Positions 62,391-64,000 of a stretch of DNA of 64,000 bases are shown piece after piece. Within the stretch, counting starts at the first letter, position 1. Every line of letters starts with the position of its first letter. Origin of the DNA: Pavona decussata (taxonomy: Eukaryota); contig CDRNST010000176.1 in NCBI GenBank assembly GCA_977016875.1, positions 124,001 to 188,000 of the forward strand, in the 5' to 3' direction. The notes below the pieces were generated by a model. The model was not told the origin of the DNA, did not search any database, and worked only from the letters and a program-made list of their open reading frames with translations. A program made the position numbers and the translations under genes.

Positions 62391-64000
62391 TATGCAACGA
62401 TGTTCTTTCATTCAGTTCAGAGTTGTCAAAATCGACGTTATGCTATCAACCATTTAACCGGTACAGGTTTCCAAGGAATGTGATTTTGAGTAGCTTTTGT
62501 GACTGTAATCGCAAAATCAAGACAGTTCAGTGCTATAATGATCCAAATCAAGAGAAAATAAGCTCTGATCATGAGACGGGTCTGATACCGATTAGGTTGT
62601 TTTCGTTGCTTATAAGGCGGCACCATAATACACTGACTTAATGCTCTCGTCTAATGCTTGTCTAATCCATCTTGAGTATTACCTTTCTTCAAGAAGTTTC
62701 AAAGGGCACAAAGTGTTGTTGAACACTCAAAACAACACAGTAATCGTTTCCTGTGGAAAAGAAAGCTGTTTCGTGTGGTTTATGGCCATAATTAGAGCAT
62801 GACATGGATCAATCGTAAACGTTCTTAACGGAACGTGCTCTACCAGGTGAAATTCATGATTATACCTAAAATCCCCAGAGGTCGGAGGTCACTCCCATGT
62901 AATATGGGTGCTAGTCGGACCTTCTATTGTAAGGATATAAAATACAGGTTTATGAAATTTCGAAATGTCTGCAGTTAGAGCTACTAGTGACCCTCAGGGT
63001 ATAGATTGAGGTTGAACTTAATAGAGAGATTTAGGATCGCGTTTACAGCAGAGGTGCTGATTCGCGTTAAAGTTCTGACGTTTGATGCTAACGAAAAACT
63101 ACTCAGTTCTACTGAGAAACTGAAAACAGCGAGCTGTAAATGTAGGATTAACATGATCACGTGGTCATTCTGCCGTTTGCCGTAAACGCAATTCTAAATT
63201 TCTCTAATATCTCCTTATTACTCCCAGTAAAAGATTTTAGCAGAAGGCTGAGTTGACCAGTAATCATTCCAAAACCCCTTCCAACTTAACGGGCAAATAA
63301 CTTAAGTTGAAAACAGCATGGTTAGCAATCTCTACTCGTAGGAGGCAGTAATACAAGCTTGGCGAGGAGTTTGAATCGGCATCGATTTGAAACAACTCCA
63401 GCTACTGGTCAATGGGGGACTTGAACTCGCGCGAGTTCTCGAGTTTGAAGTCCGGCGCCCTAACCACTCAGCCTAACTGCCTCCAAAAGTGTGTGATGGC
63501 CGGGTGAAACACAATCGCAGCCCCAGCTTTGTAAGAAGCTTGATCAGTTGCGAAAAGACAACCTGAAAAAAAATTTAAACGTTTTAAATTTAAACTTAAC
63601 TTTTGTATATTTTAATAAATTTGTGCCAGTGATTCCTCAATTTAAAAACTGAGCGATTCCGTTACAGCTGATTTAATCACCAATAAAAATTGCGGGAAAT
63701 GCCAGTTCTGTTTTTCTTTTTGTAGCATGAGAAACGACAAACGGCGTGGCCACAACCAAAATTTAAAGGAGAGGATATTGAATTTCTTTGAGATTTTTAA
63801 ACTGAGCCTTATTCATTCAAATTCATGTTAGTGCATGTAAGCCAGCTCTCGAGGCCAGCAGATTTGCGAGGTAGCACCCTTGTTGAAAATAAAGATCTCA
63901 GTGAGGATAGCGTCTCATCTGAACGGCATTTATCTGTTTTAGTAGCTAACAGTTTATAGTTAACAATCTAGAATAACCCTCCGTTTAGGGAGTTTGCATT

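Overview
Eukaryotic, AT-rich, intron- and repeat-rich animal DNA, most consistent with a stony coral or other anthozoan (inferred from repeat families and gene content; no database check). Hand splicing on the + strand gives five coding units. (1) A 5'-incomplete CP110 (CCP110) centriolar gene, 11 phase-consistent exons, 1075-9756. (2) A frameshifted Kelch-repeat pseudogene ending in a KKCVIM CaaX box, ~11780-12652. (3) A spliced ORF encoding an SGNH/GDSL (PAF-AH Ib-like) hydrolase plus a Pro/Ser tandem-repeat stalk and hydrophobic tail, ~13325-15336, ending only ~400 bp upstream of the next gene. (4) A complete 29-exon Dachs-type unconventional myosin, 15734-41574, ~1128 aa. (5) An intronless forkhead gene with a C-terminal eh1 motif, 47765-48604. 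Introns and the gene-free last 15 kb contain many MITEs (TA, TTAA, 3-bp and 9-bp TSD classes), tRNA-derived SINEs, 5'-truncated LINE ends, Penelope-type remnants with decayed hammerhead cores, foldbacks and tandem repeats. No CRISPR arrays, rRNA or credible tRNA genes were found. The best candidates for something undescribed are the SGNH-stalk gene wedged against the dachs promoter and the CaaX-tailed Kelch family. All homology statements come from recalled family motifs, not from searches.
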